DNA of 64,000 nt, taken from assembly GCF_030684315.1 (NCBI RefSeq), contig NC_081378.1, positions 40,172,191 through 40,236,190 on the forward strand. The letters run 5' to 3'. Each line of letters starts with the position of its first letter. Position 1 is the stretch's first letter. This document shows, one piece after another, positions 13,720-27,687 of the stretch. Origin of the DNA: Stegostoma tigrinum. Its lineage: Eukaryota. The notes beneath the pieces were generated by a model. It had not been told where the DNA came from. It did no database searches and saw nothing but the letters and a program-made list of their open reading frames with translations. The translations under genes were made by a program, and so were the position numbers.

Positions 13720-15545
13720 AAGTCATTGATGTCTCCGTAGCTGTACAGCACAGAAATGGACCCATCAGTCCAACTCCTCTATGCTGATCAGATATCCCAA
13801 ATTAATCTAGTCCTACTCGCCAGCATATGGACCATTTCCCTCTGAACCTGTACTATTCATGGACCCATCCAGATATCTTTTTAAATGATGTGATTTTACC
13901 AACCTCCAGCATTTCCACACATGCACAAACTTCTGCATGAAGTTGCCCCCTTAGATCACTTTTAAATCTTTCCCTTCTCACCTTAAACCTTTGCTCTCTA
14001 ATTTTAGACTGCCCTATCCTTGGTAAAAAGACCATGTCTATTTAGCATATCCATGCCCCTCATGATTTTCTAAACGTCTATAAGATCACCCCTCAGCCTC
14101 TAATGCTTCAGGGAAAATAGACCCAGCCTATTCAGCCTCTCCCTGTAGCTCAAACCCTTCCACCTTGGCAACATCCTTGAGCCCTTTGAAGATTGACAAT
14201 ATCTTTCCTTTAGCAGGGAAACCAGAATTGAATGCAGTATTCCAAAAGTGACCTAAACAATGACCTGTACAGTCACAACATTACCTCCTAACTCCTAAAG
14301 TCAATGCACTGATCAATAAAGGCAAGCATACCAAATTCATTCTTCATCACCCTGTCTACCTGTGACTCCACTTTCAAGGAAATATAAGCCTGTACACTAA
14401 GGTCTTTTTGTTCAGCAACAATCCCCAGGACCTTCCCATTAAGTGTATAAGTTCTGCCCTGATTTGCTTTCCAAAATGTAGCACCTCACATTTATTTAAA
14501 TTAAACTCCATCTGCCACTCCTCAGCCCATCTGACAAGATCCTATTGTACTTGGAGGTAGCCTTCTTCATTGTCGACTAAGACTCCAATTTTGGTGTTAA
14601 CTGCAAAGTTACTATATTCGTATTCAAATCATTTATATAAATGACAAAAAGCAATGTGGCACACTGTTGGTCACAGGCCTCCAGTCTGAAAAACAACCCT
14701 CTACCACCACTGCCTGTTTCCAACTTTTGAGACAATTTTGTATCCAAATGGCTAGATCTCCCTGTATGCCACGTGATCAAACCTTGCTAACCAGTCTACC
14801 ATGTGAAAACTTGTCAAACATCTTCCTGAACTTCATATAGACAATGTCCACCATTTTGCTCTCAAAGTTCTTCTTTGTCACTTCAAAAAGTCAATCAAAT
14901 AATTGAGACATGATTTCCCACACACAAAGCCATGTTGCCTGTCCCTAATCAGTCCTTGCTTTTCCAAATTTTTGTAAATCCTGTCTCTCAGAATCTTCTC
15001 CAAAAACTTATCCACGACTGACATCAGGCTCACTGGTCTATAGTTCCCTGGCTTTTCATTGCCACCTTTCTGAAATTGTCACATCACATTTGCCACCCTC
15101 CAGTTTTCCGGCACCTCACCTGTGGTTACCGATGATACAAATATGTCAGCAAGGGACCCAGAAATCACTTCCCTCAAAGTTTTTGGCACATCTAATCAGG
15201 TCCTGGGGATTTATCCACTTTTGTGTTTTAAGCACATCCTCCACTGTAAAACAGGCACTTTTCAAAATATCACTACTTATTTCACCAGGTTCTCTAGCTT
15301 CCATATCCTTCTCCACAGTAAACACTGAGACGAAACACTGCTTTAGTAACTCATACATTTTCTGAGGTTCCACAGACATGCGGTCTTGCCGATCTTTAAC
15401 AGGCCCTATTCACTCCCTAGTTATTCTTTTGCTCTTAATGCTTTGTAGAATCTCTTTGAATTTCCCTTAATCGTACTTGCCAAAACTATCTCATGTCCCT
15501 TTTTATTTGCCCTCATGATGTCCCTCTTGAGTATACTCCTACTGC
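13720..15545 (-). mobile_element. CR1 LINE ORF2 (RT) 3' portion
   Basis: Minus-strand ORFs LLFVIYINDL, CFVSVFTVEKD, RFKVRRERFKSDLRG; 3' tail near 13730-13780. Confidence 0.9.
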
Positions 15546-15849
15546 CCAATTTCAAACACCGCAGTAATAGTTGTCTTACAGGTCATGAGGAGGTGGCAGA
15601 GTATTTTCTTGTTTAAGACAGTTATTGGTACTTGTGCGAAGTGAGATGATTATCTGACACCCACATGATGTGAATTTGTCTGTCATTTGTCACCCCTGTT
15701 CTGAGTTTATCCAAACCCTGTTGTAGATTGACATACTCTGCTTCATTAGCAGAGAAGTTGTGAACACTGCACAGTCATTTACAAACAACCACATGCCTTA
15801 GCTTATGATAAAGAGAAGATCTTTTTTCTTTAAAAAAAAATCAGCATTA

Positions 15850-17460
15850 AACATTTGAACTAACAATGTGAACTGAAAAAGTAACTTCTCCAAGGGACCT
15901 CTGCAGTAACATTGAAGAGCTGTGACTATTGGCATCGTCATTTGCATTGGATATGATTCCACTGTCTCTAGGTTTTTCACAAAGCCTTGGTAACATTCTC
16001 GGCTAACTGATGCCTTAATTGGTAGAAAACAAGGTACCAAACAGAAGAAGATGTCTAAAAACAACCCCAGTGAAGGTCAGCATGTTGCTGCTGGAAGAGA
16101 CGAGATTGTAAGTGTCTTCATCCAAAGGTGCTGCATGGATGATTCTAGTCAGCATTCTCCTGAGGTCTCCATCATCATTGTCTGCTGTGGTAGATTAAGT
16201 CCAGCAGCTTGACTAGGGGAGCAGCTGGCTTTGGTGCATTTGTCTTCAACAGGACAGCTCTGACATTGTATGGGTTAATTGCTTTTTCTACTTTCAATGT
16301 GCTAAACTACGTGCTAATGACTCAAAGAGTGAATCCATTTGGTGTCTGTAATAGTGAGAACATTCGCAGGAGGCCAAATAATAAAACCCATTCAAATCCA
16401 TTCATGATAGTCAGGAAAAATCAATCTGGTTCACTCACCTTCTTGAAGGAAGAAAATTGCCATCCTTACCGGGATAACAAAGTGTGAAGCTGGATGAACA
16501 CAGCAGGCCAAGCAGCATCTCAGGAAAGTGCTAAATGTAACTTACCCACTGAGGAGGCAGTATCTGAGATGGCAGAGTGTGCGAAAGACAGCCTCGCCAA
16601 TACTTCCTCTGAGGACTTGGAACTCTCTGCCTCAGACGTTGAAGTGGTGGTGGTTTCTGGTGGAACAGGTCCTTGCACTGCAAGGGCTGTGTTCATCCCA
16701 CTGGTATCTTCAAAGCACAAGGGAGAGAAGTCACTTCTGCCAATGGTGAGAAGGGCTGTGCAATGCATGACACTGACTGCAGGGTTAATGTGAGAGTTAC
16801 AGTGGAATGAAGAGTGGTTCTTACTTGGTTGGTGGAACATGGATAGTTTTACATCCCTGCAGGAATGGTCCTGGCCTTCTCCTATAAGAGTCAGGGATTT
16901 CTCCTGTCATGTATAATTACCTTTATTTTTGGGCACACCTCAACACACCTTGGCTCATTCCATCCTGTTAAGAGTTGCTATCTCCAGGACTGACTGAAAG
17001 GGAGGGTTTGAGTGAGGTGAAAGTCTGCGGAATGGCTATTCATGTTGCTGCAGATGTGAAACGACAATGCGGTGTACTAGAAGAATGAATAGGCAGCGCA
17101 GAGGGTTTGCTAGTTTATGGTGTGAGGTGTGGGGTAGTGGGTAACAAGGGCGACTGAGAGAGTACGTTGCAGGCAATGGTGATAGCAGTAGAGATGAGCC
17201 TTGATGGTGAGTGAGTCCAGTAGCAGAAATGGAGTGAGCGTGAGGTAAGGGAGAAGAAAGTGTGGCACTTACTCTGGGCATTCACCTTCTTGAGGAAGAG
17301 CTGGATATTTCTCTGGACCGTGGAGATTGAGTTGACCCAGGTGGTGACTGCCGACCGGGCTGCCAGGTCTGATAGCATGCCTCCTCCACCCATCCTTCGG
17401 GAAAAGAGTGCCCCTTCGCCACACCACCATCTACCGGGGTCTCCAGTTCCCTGCCAGAGA
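15850..17460 (-). mobile_element. Decayed PIF/Harbinger element: Myb/SANT ORF relic plus transposase N-terminal relic
   Basis: 17280-17400 WVNSISTVQRNIQLFLKKVN (Myb/SANT-like W..V...VN....RT..QC.KK.N) followed by donor GTAAGT near 17268; 15860-16030 IVTALQCYCRGP (cf. VTAALNFYATGSFQ). Confidence 0.5.
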
Positions 17461-17669
17461 ATTGCAACACCATTTCCTTCCTCCCCAACACTATTGGAAT
17501 AACTGCCCTTGGTTGAGCAGGGCAGATTTGGAAAGCCAATACTCCTCCTTAAAGAAGGCATGGGCACCAGGGCTCTGGTCTTTCAGCTGATACCTAGTTT
17601 TTCCAGGAATGGTGGATGTGGAATGGGATTTGAACCAGCAAGAAGGATGGTGCGTTAGGTAGTTAATAA

Positions 17670-17893
17670 AGTGACAGAAACAGAAATTCCTAGAAAAGCT
17701 CAGCAGGTCTGGCAGCATCTGTGGAGAGGAATCAGAGTTAACATTTTAGGTTGAGCGACCCTTCCTCGGTTCTGATGGTCACTCATCCTGAAACTCTGAT
17801 TTTCTCTCCACAGATGCTGCCAGACCTCTTGAGCTTTTCCACCAATATGTTTTGTTCCTCATTAACAGCATCCATGGTATTTTCATTTTTTTT
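17670..17893. mobile_element. Head-to-head palindromic Penelope pseudo-LTR pair (family B)
   Basis: AAAAGCTCAGCAGGTCTGGCAGCATCTGTGGAGAG is mirrored by CTCTCCACAGATGCTGCCAGACCTCTTGAGCTTTT; centre has decayed hammerhead TTCTGATGGTCAC..CTGAAAC. Confidence 0.75.
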
Positions 17894-18079
17894 GTTAGTA
17901 GGGTGAGTTTGATAATACACGGTCAGAGATCTCGTTCAGATTCATGGAGGAAAGCCTTCCGTGAAACTCTGTGAAACCAACACAACTGACGAATCATAAG
18001 ATTCGGCACCAAATTCGTTTTTCAGGCATGAAGCAGAATAGTTTGGGCGTAAACCAAAGCAAGATACTGCAGACGCAGA

Positions 18080-19148
18080 AATCATAGAATCATAGTGTTA
18101 TTTGGTACGAAAACAGACCCCTTGGTCCAACTTGTCAATGCTGACCAGATATCCTAAATTAATCTAGTGCCATTTTGCCAGCATTTGGCCCATATCCCTC
18201 TAAACCCTTCCTATTCATATACCCATCCAGATGACTTTTAAATGGTGCAATTGTACCAGCCTCCACCTCTTCCTTTGGCAGCTTATTACATACACGCACC
18301 ACGCTCTGCATGAAAAAGTTGTCCCTCAGATCCCTTTTAAATCTTTCCCCGCACACCTTAAACCAATGCCCTTTAGTTTTGGATTCCCTACCCTGGGAAA
18401 AAGACCTTGATTCTTCACCCCATCCATGCCTCTCATGGTTTTACAAAGGTCACCCCTCAGCTTCTAATTCTTCAGGGTGAAAAGTCCCCAGCTCTTCAGC
18501 CTCTTCCTATAGCTCAAGCCCTCCAACCCTGGCAGCATTCTTTTCAATCTTTTCTGCACCCTTTCAAGTTTAACATCTTTCCGATAGCAGGGAGACTAGA
18601 ATTGCACACAGTATTCCAGTTGTGGCCTAACCAATGTCCTGTACAGCTTCGACAATATCTCTCAATTCCCACACTGAGTGTGCTGACCAATTAAGGCAAG
18701 TGTACCGAATGCCGCCTTCACTAGTCTGTCTACATATGACTCCACTTTGAAGGGATTTTGAAGCTGCACTTCAAGGTCTCTTTGTTTCTCAGGACCTTCC
18801 CATTAAGTGTATAAATCCTGTCTTGATTTGCCTTCCCAAAATGCAGCTCCTCACATTTATCTAAATTAAACTCATCTGCCACTCCTTTGCCCATCTGACC
18901 AAGGTGATGTTGTACCCTGAGATAAGCGTCTTCACTGTCCACCACAACTCCAACTTTAGTGTCATCTGCAAACTTACAAACCATTCCTCGTATATTCACA
19001 TTGAAATCATTTATACAAAATGACGAAAAGCAGTGGACCCAGCGCGGATCCTTATAGCACACTGCTGGTCGCAGACTTCCAGTCTGAAAAACAACCCTCC
19101 ACTACCACCATCTGTCTCCAACCTTCAAGCCCACTTTGTATCCAAAAG
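18080..19148 (-). mobile_element. CR1 LINE ORF2 3' portion
   Basis: ORF 18730-19062 CKFADDTKVG..FNLDKCEELHFGK; ORF 18159-18356 ERFKRDLRDNFF. Confidence 0.9.
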
Positions 19149-20052
19149 GTTATGCTGAAATAAAGAAATTCTGACCTAGATAAAGAATGTTTTGGAGAAA
19201 CTCAGCAGGCCTGGCAGTATTTTGAAGAAAGAAACAAAGGTATCATTTCAAGTCCGAATGATTCTTCAGGATAGTTTGGAGCCTAGTTTGCATCTCAACC
19301 ACTAAGTTAGGTGTGTTTCACATGAAATGTTTGAAATGAAGGTGCTTTCTGCAAATGATGGAAAATAGAACCACTAAAGCTCACTGTTGGCAAGAAAAGC
19401 ACTAGGTTTTGGTTTTCAGTATAATTCTTTGTGTTAATCCTTTTCAATTTTCAGAATAAAAATCTTTTCTGTTGCATGACCTCTGCAGTAACAATTTCCT
19501 GCAAATCAGGAATATTACTTTTCTGATGTGGTGGGATTGAGAAATGTAAAACAGCATACAATCAAATAATTCACTAACTAATGCTCTCAGTGCTGCCCAT
19601 GCCAGTTCTCTCTGAACACATTTCACATCTGATTCACCCTTGGAGGTAGGAGTCAACAAGTTTGTCCCATTTCATGACGACTTTGGAAAGAAATATTTCC
19701 TTTAAAATATAGATTAATTGGACTTTCAGTTTTGGTGCAGAAACACTTCAGCATACAATGAAAAGCTTTGTACAGGCAAACGAGCAGTGTCAAGCTGGTC
19801 TGCTGCCCTGTTTTGCCTGAGTGTGCTGTATGTGTTTTTTCAATATGGTGTGATACTGCAGTGTGATGTCCAAACAGCAAGAAAATCAGCACAATTTATG
19901 ACATCTTTAAAAAGGCATGTTTTGCTAAGTTGGATAAAAGTGCCACACAGTTGCATGCTCTTGTTAGACCAACCTGTCAGCATGATGTCACCACTTTAAA
20001 TAGATATTGTCTCTCTTTCCTCTATTAGCTTATACTTCTCACACAGTCAGGT

Positions 20053-20054
<2 letters not shown>

Positions 20055-20108
<54 letters not shown>
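20055..20108. repeat. (CA)n microsatellite
   Basis: Perfect AC/CA run of about 54 bp. Confidence 0.97.
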
Positions 20109-20111
<3 letters not shown>

Positions 20112-22061
20112 TGTATGCCTCCTTCCCCACGCCTACAACATGTAGACTACACTGGTTCAAGTTGGCAACTCACCACCACCTTTGCAAGGCAACTAAGAAT
20201 GGGCAACAAATGCTGGCCCATCCAATAATACCCATATCCATGAGTGAACAAATAAAAAGGACCATGTTAAAAATTTCCTCACATCTTGAGAAAAAGTCAT
20301 GTTGCATCATATTTCCCTGTGCCAGGTGTGAGGCTTATGTGTGATGATCCATTCACTATTCTTAATAAGCTAACACTGTTAGATGGCAGTTTCTCATTTC
20401 CCATTGTGCTGTCAAATGTTTCTGTTCACCAGTCATCAACTCTGCCCAATGTCATAATCACCATTAACATCAATTGTGATCCCTGCATTGCAATGAGCTC
20501 ACTGATCTCTGCAGTCATATGTTGCAGTTGAGTATTGTGCTCTTTCAGCAAGAATGGGGAAATCATCCAGGCTTCTCACTCTTGCCTATGTTTTGCTAAC
20601 CCCAACGAGGTAACACATGGGCAGGACCTTTGGATGGTCATACTTGTCTGGAATGTTCAGATAACAAACTTTCTGTTCAGCTCACAGCTTAGAATTACAC
20701 TTTAAGAATGAAAAGCAAACTACTGTAGGCCTATGTTATATCATACCCCAGGAAGTATCAGCCCCTTCAGGAGAAATTGAGAGAAAGTTGGATGAAACAA
20801 TTTTTGTTTGATTAAAGACCAATTGATTTAAAAATACCGTTGAGGTTACCTTTTGCAATTTGTAAGATGGTAGCTGTTATGAATCGTAGACAGCAGAGCA
20901 TTTAATTCACCATGATAACTGTAATGAAAATTGTGATATAAAATGCAATTTTAGTGTAACTGCTTTTTTTCAATAAGATTGGCTGAGATGTGAGTTCTTT
21001 CATCCTCCAACAGCTAAAGTGCACATCCTCATTATTATTAAGTCAGCTGAACATTAATTTCTCTCTAGCAATGTACAACAGTTTCTGATTTTGTTGTAAT
21101 GTTGCAGGATGTGATTAATGCCACCCAAGAATCATATGATTGCAGTCTGCAAGGATGATGTCGCATTAGTCTCTCACAGCCTGTAGTCAGTGTGCACAGA
21201 GCTCTTGTTTAAACAGAGCAGCTTGTGGCACCTCCTCTTATAGTGTGTACATATTTACATATAGAATGTATAAAAACTACAAAATAATCTCCTTTGAAAC
21301 TGACATCCTTATTCCTGAGCTTTGCCATTTGTTTTGCAATATTATCTGAGCACTGAAAATAAGCAAATATACTACAGCCTTATCATGTACTGTCAGCCAT
21401 AATATTTTAGTTATCACTCTCCATTCATCATTATGTCTTATTGAGCAATCTATTCATCGGTCCATCTGTCATTAGTATCCCGGAAACATCTTTTGAAGTT
21501 TTTCATCTCACAGCCATCAGGATCTTGTGCAAGAATGCAAATTCAAGGGGAAACTTCAGCATTTATGCTGCATGAAAGGGCAATGTTGATTGGTTGACAA
21601 GTGGACTCTGATTGTCCATGGCAATATCTCTACCAATGTACCAATTAACTTTGATAGTTAACAGTTGAGCTTTGAATGTTAAACCAGGCAGGTTGATTCT
21701 TATTAGTCAGGACACTGCCCTGAAAAAAGAATGTGCTAACAGCTGCCACCAAGGTTGCATTGAAACAGGCTCAGTGTTTGTGCATGTTTTGTGTTTCAGC
21801 ACATGTATATGTACGTATGCAAAAATGCATCTTATGTATATGTGACTTCCAATACATTCATGTGTGCCACCTTGAGAGTCTGGCTGACAATCCAAAATTG
21901 GTCGTCAACATAATTTCTCTCACATTCAAGATTATCCAGAAAATGTTAGATATGGTGTTGCGATTTTGCAAGCATGGACTGGTTGGATGCACCACTTTGC
22001 TTGTTGCAAAATATTGGCTGTGAGGCAGGAGGTGGGATGTGAAGAACCTCTCATGATCTTG

Positions 22062-22248
22062 GTCAGAAGACAGATGAAACCAGGTTAGTTTCCAACAGAT
22101 TTATTTGAAATCGCAAGGTTTCAAAGCACTGTCCCTTCCACTTCACCTGACAAGTGGCAGTGTTCTTTGTTTGATGATAACCTGATGTCATCTGACTTCT
22201 GACTATGTCCAACCCAGTCCAACACTGGCACTTCCACATCGTGCATCC
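22062..22248. mobile_element. Palindromic Penelope pseudo-LTR pair (family D) with approximate TSD
   Basis: GTCAGAAGACAGATGAAACCAGGTTA is mirrored by TAACCTGATGTCATCTGACTTCTGAC; flanked by CATGATCTTG (22052) and CATGATGTTG (22249). Confidence 0.6.
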
Positions 22249-23019
22249 CATGATGTTGACAGCTGGCTCATAGCTATTTAACTCCAGTGGCAGCTTTCAT
22301 TGTTTTAAGGTGAGACCTGCCTGTCTCTCTAGAGAAGGTCCTGCCTTAGCAGCTAACCATTTGGATGGCCAATAGTTCTGTAGCCTTGCATTGTCCTTGG
22401 GAGTGTTGTTCACTCCTAAGACTCACCCCATCCCAAAGAGCCCGGGTATGTCCACATTGTCAATGTGGTGGCCCTGAAGTTTGGGTTGGGGTTGGCAGGG
22501 CCATGTTCAAGACGCCAGGGAGGATGATGAAGTGGATGGTTGTGGCAACTTTGGGAAGGGGATGTTTCTGATAGGTTCAGAGGAACTTCAGTGAGCTCAG
22601 CTGCACACACACAGACCCATAGCCCCTCTTTTTGCCTGTGCTGCCAGAGCTGCTGGGGGTTTGTGACATGATGTGGGCTTCTTCCTCCTCTTGGTAGATA
22701 CCGGCAGTGGTGGATGTGTCAATTAACTGGTCCCTTAAGGGTCTCAGTCAGCTGACACACTGCCCAATGCCACTCCAGCCTGGCACACTGCCCACTGCTT
22801 TCCACACCTAGTAAAACTTTAGATAGATGTGGACAGGCTGGAGACAGTGGAACACTACCTGCTGTATTTTACACACCACACCACTCCTGTCTTCAAACCC
22901 GCCAACCAAGTCAGACTAGATAAATACCTCTTTAACTGTCTATCTCCATGTTTATCTGTCAATTGCTATCCAGCAATTTGTACTGTCTACTCTGTCTTTC
23001 TTCCAGAATCCATCTATCT

Positions 23020-23985
23020 TTTTCTTCTTCCCCTCCCCTGTCTGCTTTCCGGAGAGACCACTCTCTCCGTGACTCCCTTGTTCGCTTTTCACTGCCCTCC
23101 AACCCCACCACACCCGGCACCTTCCCCTGCAACCGCAGGAAATGCTACACTTGTCCCCACACCTCCTCCCTCACCCCTATCCCAGGCCGCAAGATGACAC
23201 TCCACATTAAGCAGAGGTTCACCTGCACATCTGCCAATGTGGTATACTGCATCCACTGTACCCGGTGCGGCTTCCTCTACATTGGGGAAACCAAGCGGAG
23301 GCTTGGGGACCGCTTTGCAGAACACCTCCGCTCAGTTCGCAACAAACAACTGCACCTCCCAGTCGCAAACCATTTCCACGCCCCCTCCCATTCTCTAGAT
23401 GACATGTCCATCATGGGCCTCCTGCACTGCCACAATGGTGCCACCCGAAGGTTGCAGGAATAGCAACTCATATTCCGCCTGGGAACCCTGCAGCCATATG
23501 GTATCAATGTGGACTTCACCAGTTTCAAAATCTCCCCTTCCCCTACTGCATCCCTAAACCAGCCCAGTTCGTCCCTCCCCCCACTGCACCACACAACCAG
23601 TCCAACCTGTCTCTGCCTCCCTAACCGGTTCTTCCTCTCACCCATCCCTTCCTCCCACCCCAAGCCGCACCCCCAGCTACCTACTAACCTCATCCCACCT
23701 CCTTGACCTGTCCGTCTTCCCTGGACTGACCTATCCCCTCCCTACCTCCCCACCTATACTCTCTCCACCTATCTTCTTTTCTCTCCATCTTCAGTCCGCT
23801 TCCCCCTCTCTCCCTATTTATTCCAGTTCTCTCTCCCCATCCCCCTCTCTGATGAAGGGTCTAGGCCCGAAACATCAGCTTTTGTGCTCCTGAGATGCTG
23901 CTTGGCCTGCTGTGTTCATCCAGCCTCACATTTTATTATCTTGGAATTCTCCAGCATCTGCAGTTCCCATTATCTCTGATACTAT
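23020..23985 (+). mobile_element. Penelope-like element family A, 5'-truncated: GIY-YIG endonuclease C-terminus plus pseudo-LTR
   Basis: ORF 22948-23463 FTCTSANVVYCIHCTRCGFLYIGETKRRLGDRFAEH..PVANHF; in-frame stop before LIFRLGTLQPYGINVDF. Confidence 0.92.
23845..23879 (+). ncRNA. Minimal type I hammerhead ribozyme motif in the PLE pseudo-LTR
   Basis: CTGATGA-AGGG-TCTAG-GCCC-GAAAC-ATC; core present, with the ACGT palindrome changed to ACAT. Confidence 0.65.
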
Positions 23986-24289
23986 CTTTTTCTTCTGTTT
24001 CTTTATGTCTATTTTTGCAATTTTCATTTCTTTCTTCTGTTGCTACATTTCTGTCTCCAGTCTGACCTATCATTCCCTCTCAGTTGTGTTCCAGTCTTGC
24101 ATTATTGCAATCTATTTATTTTTCCCAGTCTTTGATTTCTTGTCATTTTACCATATCATGTCTAATGTTTGAAGTTTATTTCCGCTGATTTACAACATTG
24201 TTACATTTGTGAAGGGAAATTTCCTCAAATCACCACTGGTATGGTCTAGGCCTGTCCCCATAGCAACCTGATGGGATGTTGCAGTGGAT

Positions 24290-24473
24290 AACCAGAAGCA
24301 AAACCAATCAGGCAGCTGCAGTCCTGACCAGTAGCTTCATGGCTTCTGGGCATCAGAGGAGCAGGAAAACTGACGTTTTGGGTTGAGACATTTGTGAAGA
24401 AGGGTCTAGGCCTGAAATGTCAGCCTTCCTGCTCCTCTGATGTTGCTTGGCCTGCTGTGTTCATCCAGCTCTA
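24290..24473. mobile_element. Palindromic Penelope pseudo-LTR pair (family A-like), decayed
   Basis: GCATCAGAGGAGCAGGAAAACTGACGTTT is mirrored by AAATGTCAGCCTTCCTGCTCCTCTGATGT. Confidence 0.65.
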
Positions 24474-24611
24474 TAAAATAATGTCAATTGTGTTGTTACT
24501 CATATTTGAGAATTAGTAAGGGATACTAAGCTTGACGCTCCCAATAGGACAAAATGAGGACACCTTTAAAAGCTAAAAATTGCAAATGACTTAGAGTGTA
24601 TTTCCCAATTG

Positions 24612-24900
24612 CGTTGCACAGTGGTTCAGTAATTAGCACTGTCGCCTCACAGCACCAGGGACCTTTGATTCCAGCCTTGGGCAACTGTCTGTGTGGAGTT
24701 TGCTCATTCTCCCTGTATGTGTTTGGGTATTCTCTGGGTTTTCTGGTTTCTTCCCACAGCCCAATGATGGACAGATTAGGTGGATTTGCCAGGAGAATGC
24801 AGAGTTACAGGTTACGGGAGGGTGGATGAGTCTGTGCAGACTGCTATTGGGTCAGTCAGTGGGCTGAATGGCCCTGCTTCCACCCTATAGAGATTGTATG
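24612..24900 (+). mobile_element. HE1-type V-SINE
   Basis: GCACAGTGGTTCAGTAATTAGCACTGTCGCCTCACAGCACCAGGGACC tRNA head and V-domain. Confidence 0.85.
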
Positions 24901-27687
24901 TCAACTAGATTTCTTCATGTCTGCATTTGGAAGCCAATTAAGTCTGCACGGCAGCTCCAGAGAGTGAAGGTTCTACAGTAAACTTGTTTTAGTTATAATG
25001 AAGCTACCCTAAAATACCAAAATGAATGGGATTATTACCAGGTAAACATTTCGCATTCAATACTATTTTGCTGTTGTGCTCCCAATGCAAGAGAGAGTAA
25101 ATCACAGCAGTGAAACTATGGGTTCAAAGCATGGGTTTTTACTGTGATAAGATTTGCTTGTTATTGACAAGTACATTCTGACCAACACCCTTTCAGAGTA
25201 TGGTACCTGAAGAGAGAAAGAATAATTGAAACTGCTCATTTAGCTGATGGAAGCAAGGCGTCTGTGGAACCTTATTACCTCAGGGATGCAAAGTCTGGGT
25301 TCAAGTCCTACCTGTCCTGAAGAGACATCATAATATATCTGAACGAGTTGATTAAAAATATTTCTTACCTGATTAAAGTCATTCATTGATTTTGTGCAAT
25401 CTTTTTGTTCACAGTCAACATCTGAGAAAAGATATAAAGCCTTTGAGCAGAGGCATTTGAGCAGAAGTGATTGGCACCAATTGTTTAGCTTAATTTCTAA
25501 TTGTCTTATAGACTGGAGACCTGAGAACATAGAAGACATTTGTTAAAATATCTGCAGTGTAAGGATCTGACATTTCTATGCGGCAATATTGCCATGTGTT
25601 TGGTAACCTTAGCAACTGGAATGAATCGTGTATAACAGAGGCATCTGCCTTTCTAAAGAATAGAAGTCTGCAAAACTGTTCAATGCAGTTTTGTGCGAAA
25701 TAGAGACTTTCATTTTCAAATAAGGCATGATAAAGTGAGTGGTGAGTAATAATTAAGTGAAACAGTTCAGAGTACGTCGTAAGCCTTGAGGCTGTTTTAT
25801 AATTATCATCATAACAGTGAAGTATAATTACTGCATAAACCAGTGACCTCAAAAATATTCTTCAGAAAGGCAGTATGTAATTCACCAACTCAGGCTTCTA
25901 AACCATGACTCCACTTCTTTCTATTAGGCTCCCAATCCATTGTTATGCTCTCAACACCTTATACACTCCTCTGAAGCACACAATTCACAACTTGGCCTTC
26001 CATCCTCCTGCTTTCTCACCTCTCAAGCACACGTTCTGAGTGGTGAAGGGTGGATTGCTATCCAGTCCCTTACTCCATTGCCAGCAAGATTTTCTTAGTC
26101 CAAGAGAGGCATGACTCAGGCTGTGAAATTTTGTGGGAAGATCAGATTTCCTCTGCTTTCCTGACCCAATGCCATTTATGTATGATCCATTGTTTTGTCA
26201 GGTCAGAAAGGCCTTGGATCTAATTTACTAAATCAACTCTTCCCGGGTTGTGATCCCTGATTGTAAAGATGCAATGTGAAGATCTCATTTTGTAGATTAG
26301 AGATACTTGTAAACAATGCATCTCCTTGGAGAGCTCAAGACCACTGGGGGGAAGCTTCCTGAGAACTAAGAAACATTCACAGCGGTAAATATAAAGCATT
26401 TTGTCACTTCTAATTGTCACTTTTAGATGCTCTGTTATAATGTAAATGTGTTTTCAATTCTCAGTGATTCGTCAAAGGGATCTCTCAGCTCTTAGATTTG
26501 ATCACTATTGTGGAATTGTTGGTATGACTTACAATACATTTTCTATTCGACAAGGTGTCATAGTGCATTAAAGGAAAGTCCTCTCAGCATAAACTATTTG
26601 ACTCGGATTTCATGTTTGTGAGTCTCCAGCCAGTCAAAATGTCACACAGCTTGCTTCACAATATTTCATCAAACCTCAAAAAAATTTTGTTGATGTGTAA
26701 TTTCTTTGTTTTAAAATGGTACCTTTGGAAACGAGGAACTACTTTCAGTGATTTGTATCTTCTATGTTTACATCAGTGTGAGCTCTGAATGTGCTGTCCC
26801 ATCCTTTCAGCTTCCAAGCAAACTATCCTGATTTCCTCCAGTTGAGTGCACAGCTGCCCCATTCCTGTCTTTACACATTGCCAATGATTCCCAAGGTCCT
26901 TGAGGGAAAAAGGGGGAATAGAATTAAACAGTAAGAAAAATGCTGAAACTAAAAAAGAAGATAATGCATAAAGGAAGTATTGCAAGTACTAATATTGTAA
27001 AACAAATGCTGAATGCTATGGAAACACATTGCTGCTTGTTTGCATCTGTAAAGATTAAAGTCCAGTTGAAGTTTCAGGTACCATCAGACAGAAAGTAAGG
27101 AAGACATCTGACCAAGAATAATCAGGTATTTATTGTAGCCAAGAACAGTATTCCTAATCACTCTTGAGAATCACTTGCCTGTGTACAAAGTCACTTTGAA
27201 AATCTTGTTCAAGTAATAACATCAAAATTGTTTCATTTTAGTATGAAAGGATAACATTTATTCTTATGATGTGGACAGCTGGGAATGTAAAAGATGGTCT
27301 GAAGTGTAAGAGACTTGAAGACACACACTCAGATCAGTCTGCAATCCCAGAACTGTATGGAGGTAGAAATAAACAAAACATGGTCATTGGAGAGAAGATG
27401 ATGCAGAGATTAGTGCCCAGCCCACAGCTCTTTTTTGAGGCCTGTGTGCCTCTTACTGAGGCTGCCACGCCCTCACTGGTGCACCATATCTGCTGTCACA
27501 CCAACAGTACAAGTTCCCACTATATGCCCCAACTCATATACAGCATAAGGATAAGGAATACATCTTCTAGCACTAAGATGAGGAAAAATGTCTTCACTTA
27601 AAAAGTGGTGAGTGTTTGACATCTACTACCACAGAAAGTGTTTTGAGATTACTTAAACATTGCATGCTTACAAGAAGGAGGTAAATA

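Noticed and set aside
16494-16840. Overlapping ~100-aa ORFs (S/T/E-rich)
   Set aside because: The start lies in a PLE fragment and the rest within a Harbinger relic; no recognisable host protein
20007-20344. (TH)n ORFs
   Set aside because: Artefact of the (CA)n microsatellite
23509-23706. Proline-rich ORFs repeated at 36.5, 57.4 and 63.7 kb
   Set aside because: Translations of the C-rich PLE 3' region, not a gene family
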